A stretch of 64,000 nucleotides of DNA. Origin: an uncultured bacterium (GTDB lineage Bacteria > JAGOEH01). The stretch lies in contig CAZWDO010000003.1 of the NCBI GenBank assembly GCA_964632485.1, positions 120,690 to 184,689 on the forward strand, read 5' to 3'. The notes under the pieces were generated by a model. It had not been told where the DNA came from, did no database searches, and worked only from the letters and a program-made list of their open reading frames with translations. This document shows positions 17,916-26,353 of the stretch, piece after piece. Numbering within the stretch: position 1 is the stretch's first letter; the number at the start of each line of letters is the position of its first letter. The position numbers and the translations under genes are program-made.

Positions 17916-19949
17916 ATGTGGCGTAATTTAAGTATCGGCCAGAAACTGATCACGGCCATTGTTGCTTTGAACATGATCGGAATCATTTTGATTGTATTTT
18001 TTTTAACGATCCGTACCAGTGATTTGCAAAAAGAGTCGGCGTTTCGCGAGACGGAGCAATCTGCGATGAATTATGCCAATCAAATTGATGCCAGGATGGA
18101 AGTGGCCATTGATGCCGCCCGGACAGTCGCGGCGATGTTTGAAGGGTATAAAAATTTGAAACCGGAAGAACGCCGTTCGGATTATAACAATATTCTTAAG
18201 AATATTCTGATAAAAAATCCTGATTTTTTGGGCTTTTGGACCTGCTGGGAGCCGAATGCGCTGGATGGGAGCGATTCCTTGCATGTCAATACGGATGGCC
18301 ATGATGCTACTGGTCGTTTTGTTCCGTACTGGTTCCGCGATCCCGCGAGCAACGAAATCCAGTTGACTGCGCTTGAAGGGTATGCAGTTCCCGGGGAAAA
18401 CAATTATTATCTGCCGGCGTTGGAGAATAATGAAACGGTTCTCAATCCGTACCCCTATAAGGTGGGTGATCGTGAGATCGTTATGACCAGCCTGGTGGTG
18501 CGTATCATGAATGGGAGCCAGGCTGTCGGAGTGGTTGGAGTGGACCTCGATTTGGCTTATTTACAGCAAATTCTGGAAGAGACAAAATTAGTAAGCGCAA
18601 TTTTCTCCAATAATGGGATCATTGCCGCCCATTTTGATAAAACCCGTATCGGTAAACAGATGCGGGAAAGTGAACAGGATATGGCCGGCGAAAACCTTCC
18701 GGCGTTTGCGGATGCCGTTGAAAAGGGTACTATTGTTTCGTTTCCTTTTTATTCCAAAAAGATCAACACGGAAGTGCTGATCGTCTCCGCTCCTTTTACT
18801 ATCGGGGGTAGTACAACCCCATGGAGTTTTGCCGTCGCTACCCCGCTTGATAAGATTCTGGCGGAAATCAACAGAATGCGGATGTTTGCTATCTTGCTTG
18901 GCGTTTTTATTATTATACTTACAAGTTTGTCAATTATTTTACTATTTAAGCGGTTAGTTGGCAGACCTTTAATGAACATGAATCAGTTAGTGGACGATAT
19001 CGCGCAGGGGGAAGGCGATTTGACAAAACGTTTAACCATTAGCACCCAGGATGAACTTGGAAAAATTGCCGGAAGTTTTAATCAGTTTCTCTCTAAACTC
19101 GCCGACGGAATGAACACGATTCAGTCGGTGGGTCATACCTTAGCCGGCACACTCAGTGAAGTATCTTCGACCAGTCAGGAACTCTCCAGCAATACACAAA
19201 CAGTGACCCAGCAAATTACCAATGTCGCCGGGACGATTACGGAAATTAACAGTAATATCAACCAAATCAACAATAGTTCGGAAATTATGCAGCAATATGC
19301 TCAGAATAGCGCGACACTTTCTAAGGAAAGTAATCAAATGAATAAGCAATTGGTTGTTAGCATCGATACATTAAGAAAAAAAGAGGAGTATTTTGCTAAG
19401 GATATTGAAAAACTGCAAACCCATTCGAATGAGATCAGTAATATTATCCAGGTGATAGAAGAGATTGCCGATCAGACTAATTTGTTGGCGCTTAATGCAG
19501 CCATAGAGGCTGCCCGCGCCGGGGACGCTGGACGTGGCTTTGCTGTTGTAGCGGATGAAGTTCGTAAATTGGCAGAAAAAACGCAGAATTCCACGAAAGA
19601 AATTTCGAATACGGTCAAGCAAATTCAGTTGAGCATAAAAGGTGTTGTCAAAGAAATTTCACTCAATTTGAATAACATCAATACGATTAGTAATGAAATC
19701 AACCACGCCTCGCAAACGAATGAACAGGTGTTCCAAGCCAGTAATCAAACACTTACGTTAATTCAACAGATACTCTCCGCATTAATGGAACAGCAAACGG
19801 CCATGGATCAAATGCTGCAAACTGTGGAATCAATCAATTCCGCCAGCGTTGAGAATTCCACTGGTTTAGATGAAATTTTTAAATCGATTGAAAATGTCAA
19901 TGTTTTATCTGATGAGCTTTTAGATTATACTAGTAAATTTAAAATTTAA
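17916..19949 (+). CDS. Methyl-accepting chemotaxis protein (TM, periplasmic Cache-like sensor, TM, HAMP, MCP signalling domain)
   Basis: The N-terminal TM is [16 protein letters not shown]. The second TM is [21 protein letters not shown]. The HAMP region reads [15 protein letters not shown]...[11 protein letters not shown]. The conserved MCP signalling motif is [38 protein letters not shown]. Confidence 0.9.
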   Translation: MWRNLSIGQKLITAIVALNMIGIILIVFFLTIRTSDLQKESAFRETEQSAMNYANQIDARMEVAIDAARTVAAMFEGYKNLKPEERRSDYNNILKNILIKNPDFLGFWTCWEPNALDGSDSLHVNTDGHDATGRFVPYWFRDPASNEIQLTALEGYAVPGENNYYLPALENNETVLNPYPYKVGDREIVMTSLVVRIMNGSQAVGVVGVDLDLAYLQQILEETKLVSAIFSNNGIIAAHFDKTRIGKQMRESEQDMAGENLPAFADAVEKGTIVSFPFYSKKINTEVLIVSAPFTIGGSTTPWSFAVATPLDKILAEINRMRMFAILLGVFIIILTSLSIILLFKRLVGRPLMNMNQLVDDIAQGEGDLTKRLTISTQDELGKIAGSFNQFLSKLADGMNTIQSVGHTLAGTLSEVSSTSQELSSNTQTVTQQITNVAGTITEINSNINQINNSSEIMQQYAQNSATLSKESNQMNKQLVVSIDTLRKKEEYFAKDIEKLQTHSNEISNIIQVIEEIADQTNLLALNAAIEAARAGDAGRGFAVVADEVRKLAEKTQNSTKEISNTVKQIQLSIKGVVKEISLNLNNINTISNEINHASQTNEQVFQASNQTLTLIQQILSALMEQQTAMDQMLQTVESINSASVENSTGLDEIFKSIENVNVLSDELLDYTSKFKI

Positions 19950-20061
19950 AAGGAGTTGCGGTGAATAGGCGGGATCATAAAATTCCGCCTGTTTCTCAAG
20001 GAAATCCCCCAGTTCATTTCAACTTATTCCGTTAATTCTATTTACTGGGTGAATTTATGGT

Positions 20062-20277
20062 TCAATTTTTATTGATATATGTATCCAAATTTCGTTGATA
20101 AAAAGGGCATTCTTTTTGACCGGAGAGAATATCTTCTGATACTGGCAGTGGGTTTGCCTGGCATTGAACTTGTCCTGGCGCAAAAGAATCGTCTACATAA
20201 TAATGAATACAATGAATACACACTATTCGTGGAAAAAGAGCGCGGATTTTTTCGGGAGTGTGTGAAGTGTACTGCAT
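20062..20277 (-). CDS. Candidate small cysteine-rich protein (71 aa) in a convergent intergenic region
   Basis: The minus strand has GGAGG 4 nt before the ATG (complement of 20275-20277). The protein has CxxC plus two further Cys (VCIHCIHYY...CQANP...ECPF). It does not overlap a larger gene, but it has no recognisable family. Confidence 0.3.
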   Translation of the reverse strand: MQYTSHTPEKIRALFPRIVCIHCIHYYVDDSFAPGQVQCQANPLPVSEDILSGQKECPFYQRNLDTYINKN

Positions 20278-20468
20278 AAAACCTCCAATAAAATGGTAAT
20301 TTTGTTCTTTACCAAAAAAAATGTATTTTTGCTGGACCTTTTGCTGTAAATTTTGTTCACTATATTAATAATCAATTAAACTCAAAAAGTCAAGCCCCAA
20401 ATTTAAATTTTTCTATAATTTTTAACTGAGAATACTGGGCCAGGTTCCCGAAAAAAAGGGATATTCGT

Positions 20469-22340
20469 TTAGCCCAGTCTATATAGTAGGTTTTCGATTT
20501 TAAGTTGATAGGTGCGCGCTTCCTCCAGCATAAAAGAAACAAATTCATTGTCTTCGGATAAAATCATCACTTCATCATAATCATCAATTATTTTGCGTCC
20601 CCTGATATCATCTTTCTGCTTGCTTTCCAATACCTCATGAGCAACTTGCTGTTTCATTTTTGCAAATTCAAGCAAATAGTCCTGGATGGAATGGTCGGGG
20701 TATTCCCGGAGCAAAATTTCCATAGCGAAATCATAGTCGTTATTTCCACTTATGGAATAGATAGCATCCATATTTTTTTCTTCGTCAAGATATTCTTCAG
20801 TTTTTAAATACAAAAACAGCAATGCATAATATTTAATAAAAAATGAATAGGTCTGAATTGCCTTTTGCCGGTTAAATTCAGTTAAGTAGTTTTTTCCGAT
20901 TGAAGGAATATCGGCGAGTGTATAGACATTTTTTATTATGTTGATTTTTTGAAGTGCGGTTCGCGCTTCAATAACCCATTGTAAAATATCTTTGCGGAAA
21001 ATATCATAGATCATTTTATTGCGAATGGCTTTATCTCTTTTACGATACTTGAGTGAATTTCTTAAAACCATAAACATATCATCGGAGAGCACCCACGCGG
21101 GTAGAATTTCATTATATGCAGGCGAAATGTGTTCAAATCGATGAGCAGGTAGATTGATGAGTGAAAACGGCATTTCAACTTTTTGAGGTAGAACCAGGGC
21201 TCCAGCCGCGATGATTGAATAGGGGGACTTTATAAAATTGCAGGGGAATTTGACATTGACTCCGAGTCCCCAAAACAAACCTTCACCGATCCAAATTTCC
21301 TGGTCCGGAGCCTTAGCGGTATGATTGGAGCCTACGTTGGCGCCGTATGCCATATTGCCTTTTCCCTCGGGCCAATAAGCGGCGACCAACAATGATTGGT
21401 GGTGCATAGCAATAAATGGGCCGCAAAACGAGGATGTGATTTCGCCTTCAGCTAATAAACTATTTGGACCCAAAAAACTCAATGTCAGTTTTCCATGCCG
21501 TTCAACAGTGGAATGTTCCAGCATGATGCTACTTTGCACGATCGACATGCTTTCGACCTTACATCCCCATTGTAGTAAAGATTTTTCAATCAATGAACGG
21601 TCTTTCAATAGTATCGGATTTTCCTCATCGCACCATAACACGCTATCACGTAAAGCGGTAATGTTATTAATCCGGGAAGCTGCTGCGATATAGCTGTTTA
21701 ATATCTCTCCTGTGTTTTTAATAATTGATTTCTTGCCGATATATCCTTTCTCCGCGATTAAATGATTTTGGTATTGATGGATTGACGCATCAAGTGAATG
21801 ACGGATTTGCGCTGTATGGGCCCGTAAGGCCATAAATTTTGCTTCATCCAGCAAAAGCTCTTCATAGACAAATATCTCACGGCTTTTAATCTCATTGCTG
21901 GCTTCAATCCATTTACCCAAGATCAACTTGGAGTAATTTTCGAAAATAATATCTCCGTTGTTTGTAAGCTGGCAATCGTCATCCACAAAATAATTATAAA
22001 TAAAATTCGTATTTTTAATAAAGCAGTTATTACCAATCCGTGAATTTTTAATGGTTGAGAAATAAATCCCGGAATTGCCATCCATATCGCCGATTCGGAT
22101 TGAATCCATAAAAAAATTATGCCAAATATGGGAAAGGTTAAATTTATCTGTAACTTCGATCTTTGACCAGTTCCCCGAGAAGTTCCCCTGGTGTATTAAT
22201 TGATTAATATCATCCTGGGTCAGCTTTCGGCCCTGGAATTGATCATAGTGGTTTTGGTACGTAGAAAACCGACTGTAAGATAATTTGTTTTTTATCAAAT
22301 CGATCATCATAGGCCATTTATCCTTTTTAATGAAGTTCAA
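20469..22340 (-). CDS. Hypothetical 623-aa protein with beta-helix-like repetitive N-terminal region (possibly DUF4954-like)
   Basis: A long uninterrupted ORF. The repetitive region reads GNNCFIKNTNFIYNYFVDDDCQLTNNGDIIF. It has no TM and no catalytic motif I can recognise. The DUF4954 family assignment is from memory only. Confidence 0.65.
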   Translation of the reverse strand: MNFIKKDKWPMMIDLIKNKLSYSRFSTYQNHYDQFQGRKLTQDDINQLIHQGNFSGNWSKIEVTDKFNLSHIWHNFFMDSIRIGDMDGNSGIYFSTIKNSRIGNNCFIKNTNFIYNYFVDDDCQLTNNGDIIFENYSKLILGKWIEASNEIKSREIFVYEELLLDEAKFMALRAHTAQIRHSLDASIHQYQNHLIAEKGYIGKKSIIKNTGEILNSYIAAASRINNITALRDSVLWCDEENPILLKDRSLIEKSLLQWGCKVESMSIVQSSIMLEHSTVERHGKLTLSFLGPNSLLAEGEITSSFCGPFIAMHHQSLLVAAYWPEGKGNMAYGANVGSNHTAKAPDQEIWIGEGLFWGLGVNVKFPCNFIKSPYSIIAAGALVLPQKVEMPFSLINLPAHRFEHISPAYNEILPAWVLSDDMFMVLRNSLKYRKRDKAIRNKMIYDIFRKDILQWVIEARTALQKINIIKNVYTLADIPSIGKNYLTEFNRQKAIQTYSFFIKYYALLFLYLKTEEYLDEEKNMDAIYSISGNNDYDFAMEILLREYPDHSIQDYLLEFAKMKQQVAHEVLESKQKDDIRGRKIIDDYDEVMILSEDNEFVSFMLEEARTYQLKIENLLYRLG

Positions 22341-22458
22341 GGATTTTTTTTAATGCATACCATGGTAATTGATAGTTATTCCGTTATGGATTATCATCTG
22401 TGAGCAAGCTAATAGGATATTGCAATCACACTGTCCAGTCTTCCGGAATAAATTAGCC

Positions 22459-23529
22459 TTATTTACTTATAAGCATATAAATTATCCATAGAATGAAAAG
22501 TGCGACCATGATAAAACTGATGATTTTCAAAGCGCTGAAGGGTCGTTTGCCTTTCAATTCGCCACTGCGGCCATTTATTAAAACTTTGTAGTATTTGTTT
22601 TGAAATTTATATACCAGAGCCCATATCGGCAATAATATATACTTGAAAGTTATATTGTCGAAATCCGTTTGTACTGTCTGAATCCGTTGTTCATCCCCGC
22701 CGATATCGTTTCTGATACTTCGTTTAATCTCCAGCTCCATTTCGCTTTGAGCATCTTTATAACCCTCGCGAAGAGGGATTGTATAGGTTTCGGCATGGAA
22801 TCCGGAAGTGTATGATACTTCGAAGGGAGAAAGATTATTCAAATCCCATTGCTTCAATTCTCCTGTTAGTTCTTTATCCAGCATATGCCCGGCGGGAATC
22901 AGAATATCATCGAATGTTACATGCACTTTTCCGGAAACCGGATACCAATCAGTTACCGTGCGGGTTCGTGTTTGGGTTTTTCCCTGAGAATCTGTTTCTG
23001 TATAAGTTTCTTGACGATGAATGCCGCGCATCCCGCGATAGGTGGAATCCGTAATGGCATCAAAGGTCCAGTAGGGGAAATAGACACCCCGCAATGGTTC
23101 TGTTAGCATGGCTTGTTTTTTTAATGCGCTGGGAGCAAACCAGATTTTTTTTATCCACTCGCGGAAAATAGTTAATGCGCGGTCCCGTTCAATTTTAAAA
23201 GGCAGCAAATATCCGGGTTTCATCACTTTATGGGGTTTGTCATCTGAGACGATTTTTGATCCGCAGTAAATACAATTCAAATTAATGGCATCAGGATCAA
23301 ATGTAATTTCACCCCCACAGTTCCGGCATAGCGCTTGTTTTACTTCAATTGTTTCGGCGTTGTTTTCAAAATTGTCAACATATTGTTGGAAATCAAGTTC
23401 GATGACGGCTTCCTTGATTTCCTCTATTTCTTTTGTGGCCCCACAAAAATCGCATTTCAGCATTTGCGCTTCAATATTGAAACTCATTTCCCCCCCGCAA
23501 CTGGGGCATTTGTATTTACCCTGTTCCAT
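22459..23529 (-). CDS. Double zinc-ribbon protein with C-terminal transmembrane anchor (YdjG/YdjH-like partner of the SPFH protein)
   Basis: Two CxxC-x(n)-CxxC ribbons are present (CPSCGGEMSF...CDFCG and CRNCGGEITF...CIYCG). The central domain is rich in Thr and beta strands. The C-terminal TM is KIISFIMVALFILWIIYMLI. It lies 51 nt downstream of the SPFH gene on the same strand. Confidence 0.75.
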   Translation of the reverse strand: MEQGKYKCPSCGGEMSFNIEAQMLKCDFCGATKEIEEIKEAVIELDFQQYVDNFENNAETIEVKQALCRNCGGEITFDPDAINLNCIYCGSKIVSDDKPHKVMKPGYLLPFKIERDRALTIFREWIKKIWFAPSALKKQAMLTEPLRGVYFPYWTFDAITDSTYRGMRGIHRQETYTETDSQGKTQTRTRTVTDWYPVSGKVHVTFDDILIPAGHMLDKELTGELKQWDLNNLSPFEVSYTSGFHAETYTIPLREGYKDAQSEMELEIKRSIRNDIGGDEQRIQTVQTDFDNITFKYILLPIWALVYKFQNKYYKVLINGRSGELKGKRPFSALKIISFIMVALFILWIIYMLISK

Positions 23530-23580
23530 GGATTTTGGCTCCTTGGTTAAATTCTATCAAAAAAAATGTATTATTCTCGC

Positions 23581-24711
23581 TCATGAAATTGGCGGTGGGG
23601 GCGGGGGTGTGGCTGTGAAGAAGCCGGCCAGTTCCGTAATGGTTTGCGCTTTTTCCCAATTTGCCATACCAGCTTTCCAGACCATGGTTTCAGGTGTGAT
23701 GGAGCGGTTCTGGATCCATGTTTTAAGCTCATTCAGGGTCAGTGGGCCTTTTTGCTCATTATTAATATACGCATAGTACTGAATCATGGGTGGAGGAGGA
23801 GGAGGAGTCGCGCCCATAGAAGGAGTTGATCCCTGTTGCTGGTTTGGATTCTGGAAGGCGGTCCCCATAGTATTTCCCATAGCCATACCCATGCCCATGC
23901 CCATGCCGGCTCCAGCCAGATTGCCAGCGCCACTTTCATTTTGAGCAAAATCTTTGATTGAATTGGCAGCTTGGTATTGAGTATAGGCGTTTAAATTGCC
24001 GAGAATTCCCATGGAACTGCGGGCGTCAAGCGCTTTTTCCACTTCTTCGGGGAGTGTGATGTTCTCAATAAGTGTCTTTTCAGTATCGATTCCATATTTC
24101 TGAAACTCAATTTTTGTCTTTTTGAGTAGTTCCAGGCTTAATTCATTATAATTGGCAGCTAAATCCAGAACCGGAATTTTGGCTTCACCCAGCATATCTG
24201 TAAAAAGTGTTATCATTATATTCCGTAAATGATTGGAAATTTCTTCGTGTGAGAATTGGGCGTCTGTCCCGGTTATTTCCCGGATAAACAAAGTCGGATC
24301 AACTACTCGAATAGTATAGTTGCCGCGGGCGCGAATACGGATCGGACCGAATTCAGGGTCGCGCAGCATAATCGGATTGGGGGTTCCCCATTTTAAATCC
24401 GTAAAAATGCGGGTGTTAACAAAATAGACTTCAGCTTTGAAAGGACTATTGAATCCGTATTTCCAGCCTTTCAGTGTAGTGAGGATCGGTAAATTCTCGG
24501 TAGTCAGCGTGTAAGTCCCCGGATCAAACACATCAGCTAACTGCCCCTGATCGATAAAGACGGCTTTCTGGGTTTCGCGGACGACCAGTTTGGCTCCGTT
24601 CTTTATTTCATTTCCATAGCGTTCGAAACGATAAACCATGGTATTGTTGGTATCATCCAACCACTCGATGATATCAATCAATTCTCCTTTCAGCTTGTCG
24701 AAAAGACCCAT
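23581..24711 (-). CDS. SPFH (stomatin/prohibitin/flotillin) domain protein of the COG4260/YdjI type with Gly/Met-rich linker, poly-Pro tracts and C-terminal DUF4339/GYF-like domain
   Basis: The N-terminus MGLFDKLKGELIDIIEW...YRFERYGNEIKNGAKLVVRETQKAVF matches the COG4260 SPFH family. The start is moved to the Met at 24711, which follows an AAGGAGA RBS. The tail reads PPPPPPMIQYYAYINNEQKGPLTLNELKTWIQNRSITPETMVWKAGMANWEKAQTITELAGFFTATPPPPPP. Confidence 0.85.
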   Translation of the reverse strand: MGLFDKLKGELIDIIEWLDDTNNTMVYRFERYGNEIKNGAKLVVRETQKAVFIDQGQLADVFDPGTYTLTTENLPILTTLKGWKYGFNSPFKAEVYFVNTRIFTDLKWGTPNPIMLRDPEFGPIRIRARGNYTIRVVDPTLFIREITGTDAQFSHEEISNHLRNIMITLFTDMLGEAKIPVLDLAANYNELSLELLKKTKIEFQKYGIDTEKTLIENITLPEEVEKALDARSSMGILGNLNAYTQYQAANSIKDFAQNESGAGNLAGAGMGMGMGMAMGNTMGTAFQNPNQQQGSTPSMGATPPPPPPMIQYYAYINNEQKGPLTLNELKTWIQNRSITPETMVWKAGMANWEKAQTITELAGFFTATPPPPPPIS

Positions 24712-24786
24712 GTGATTCTCCTTGGTTATTGGTTTGTAGGCCGGGCTCTTTATCAAAATAACTATAAAATTGGCGATTCTATATTA

Positions 24787-24815
24787 ATATTAAATCATTT
24801 TTAAAAATTTGTCAA
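24787..24815 (-). promoter_or_regulatory. Possible minus-strand promoter for the SPFH operon (TTGACA-N17-TAATAT)
   Basis: The -35 hexamer is the complement of 24810-24815. The -10 hexamer is the complement of 24787-24792. This would give a 5' UTR of about 65 nt. Confidence 0.25.
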
Positions 24816-25004
24816 GTTTTTAATTAATTTATTACCCAAAAATTGCAAGTAATTCATAATAAGTCCTTAAAACCTGGCAATCAGGATGCTCTTTTTGGAC
24901 ACGGCATCTTCATACAAGGGTCTTTACAGAACATTCAGATTGCAATTGAACACTAATTTAGAAAAGTAAAATGGTTTCAATGAGCATCGCGCTAAAAAAA
25001 TAAC

Positions 25005-25033
25005 TTGACAAGACCAGGGCATTCAGTTAATTT
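25005..25033 (+). promoter_or_regulatory. Possible promoter TTGACA-N17-TAATTT for the M48/TerB gene
   Basis: The -35 hexamer is at 25005-25010 and the -10 hexamer is at 25028-25033. The RBS GAAAGGAGA precedes the ATG at 25066. Confidence 0.35.
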
Positions 25034-25044
25034 GCAATTAACTG
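25024..25044. promoter_or_regulatory. Perfect inverted repeat CAGTTAATT-tgc-AATTAACTG overlapping the putative -10/+1 region; candidate operator
   Basis: It has perfect 9-bp arms and a 3-bp spacer. It is centred about 30 bp upstream of the start codon. Confidence 0.35.
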
Positions 25045-25065
25045 ATATTTTGAAAGGAGAATAGC

Positions 25066-26325
25066 ATGCGATATCAGATATTGCGGATTGCCAGCGAAGA
25101 GAAAGTCCATAATCATTTATGGGAGCTCTTCCAGGCCAAAGTGATTGCCGGAGTATTAAAAAATCTGGATGAAGAAGATGAGCAGCTTCACTTTAATCAG
25201 CTTTTGGAAGGCCAATCTTTCAAAGTAACTGAAAAAGTAGCTCCTCGCTTATATCATATTTTCCAGGAAGTGATAGAGACGCTTGAATTTGAAGACTCCA
25301 TTGACCTTTATATCGGGAGTGATCCTCAAATCAATGCGGTCACCATTCCTTCCTTAAATAAGCAATATCCCCACAAGATAATAATATATTCAGCGCTTCT
25401 GGAGCGGTTTACACGGGAAGAATTAAAATTTGTTCTTGGGCACGAAATTGGTCATATTATCAACAACACGGCGGTTCTCAACCGGATTATCCAGTTCATC
25501 ATGAGCCGCCATGATGTCTTGCCTTTGGCATTGGAGCTAAAAGTCAATTTATGGGATCAACTGAGTGAACTCAATGCAGATCGATATGGTTTGCTGGCCG
25601 TGAAAGATTTGAAAACATGTCTCGGCGCATTTTTTAAGCTGGTCGCAGGTATCCGGCCAGACCTGATCGAGCTTGACTACGATGAATATATTGCCATGAT
25701 TGACCAGATTTTTAGTAGTTTTAAAGAAAAATTTCTAGCCAACTCTTCCCAGTTTTCACATCCATTTGTTCCCATTCGAATTAAAATGTTGACGACTCTT
25801 GCCAACTCAAAGCTATTCCGGGAATTTATTAAATCAGGTAAACTTAAAAAGGATACGGCATTGGAAAAACAGAGTCAGGAAATCATTGAGCTCTTGTTTC
25901 AATATGGCAATTCCGAGATCGAACATTTGTTCAAAGTAATGATCATTACCGGTGGAATCTTAATGGCGTCATTGGATAATGAAATCACCCGCGATGAAAT
26001 TCTTTGCATTATGAGTAATTTGACGGGCTTGGAGCTTTTCCCGGAAAATTTGATTCCGGCTTTGCTGGAAAGCCCTCAGCAGGATGTCGCCGACCAATTT
26101 TCTCAGGCAGTTACGCAGATTATCACGAAGCATCCTCAAGAACGATATCGGGTTATAGAGTATCTCTGCCATGTCGCTTTTTCCGACCAACTGATCAGGC
26201 AGAATGAGATTAATTTTATTATGACAGTGGGTAAAAAACTCCTTAAATTTACACAACGGGAACTCTATGAACTGATTAGCGCTAATATTCATACACACTT
26301 TCGCCCGGCGCTATTCAAATTTTAA
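25066..26325 (+). CDS. Soluble M48-like zinc metallopeptidase fused to a C-terminal TerB-like domain
   Basis: The HExxH motif is LGHEIGHII and a downstream E-x-x-A-D motif (ELNADRYG) matches the M48 family. There is no TM. The C-terminal 120 aa (DNEITRDEILCIMSNL...VAFSDQLIRQNEINFIMTVGKKL) resembles TerB/DjlA-N-type helical domains. Confidence 0.75.
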   Translation: MRYQILRIASEEKVHNHLWELFQAKVIAGVLKNLDEEDEQLHFNQLLEGQSFKVTEKVAPRLYHIFQEVIETLEFEDSIDLYIGSDPQINAVTIPSLNKQYPHKIIIYSALLERFTREELKFVLGHEIGHIINNTAVLNRIIQFIMSRHDVLPLALELKVNLWDQLSELNADRYGLLAVKDLKTCLGAFFKLVAGIRPDLIELDYDEYIAMIDQIFSSFKEKFLANSSQFSHPFVPIRIKMLTTLANSKLFREFIKSGKLKKDTALEKQSQEIIELLFQYGNSEIEHLFKVMIITGGILMASLDNEITRDEILCIMSNLTGLELFPENLIPALLESPQQDVADQFSQAVTQIITKHPQERYRVIEYLCHVAFSDQLIRQNEINFIMTVGKKLLKFTQRELYELISANIHTHFRPALFKF

Positions 26326-26353
26326 CATAAGTTTTCCCTTTGAGCGGGTACTG

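Noticed and set aside
19950-20061. Hairpin AGGCGG-N12-CCGCCT after the MCP stop as a terminator
   Set aside because: It has only a 6-bp stem with a 12-nt loop and no following T-run, so it is a weak candidate.
23285-23776. 163-aa plus-strand ORF with a poly-Gly stretch
   Set aside because: It is antisense to the SPFH and zinc-ribbon genes. The GGGGGG run is the complement of the poly-Pro codons of the SPFH protein.
23880-23915. Short tandem repeat (CCCATG)n
   Set aside because: It is a coding low-complexity GMGMGMGM linker of the SPFH protein, not a CRISPR array or an intergenic repeat. It may still be a slippage-prone site.
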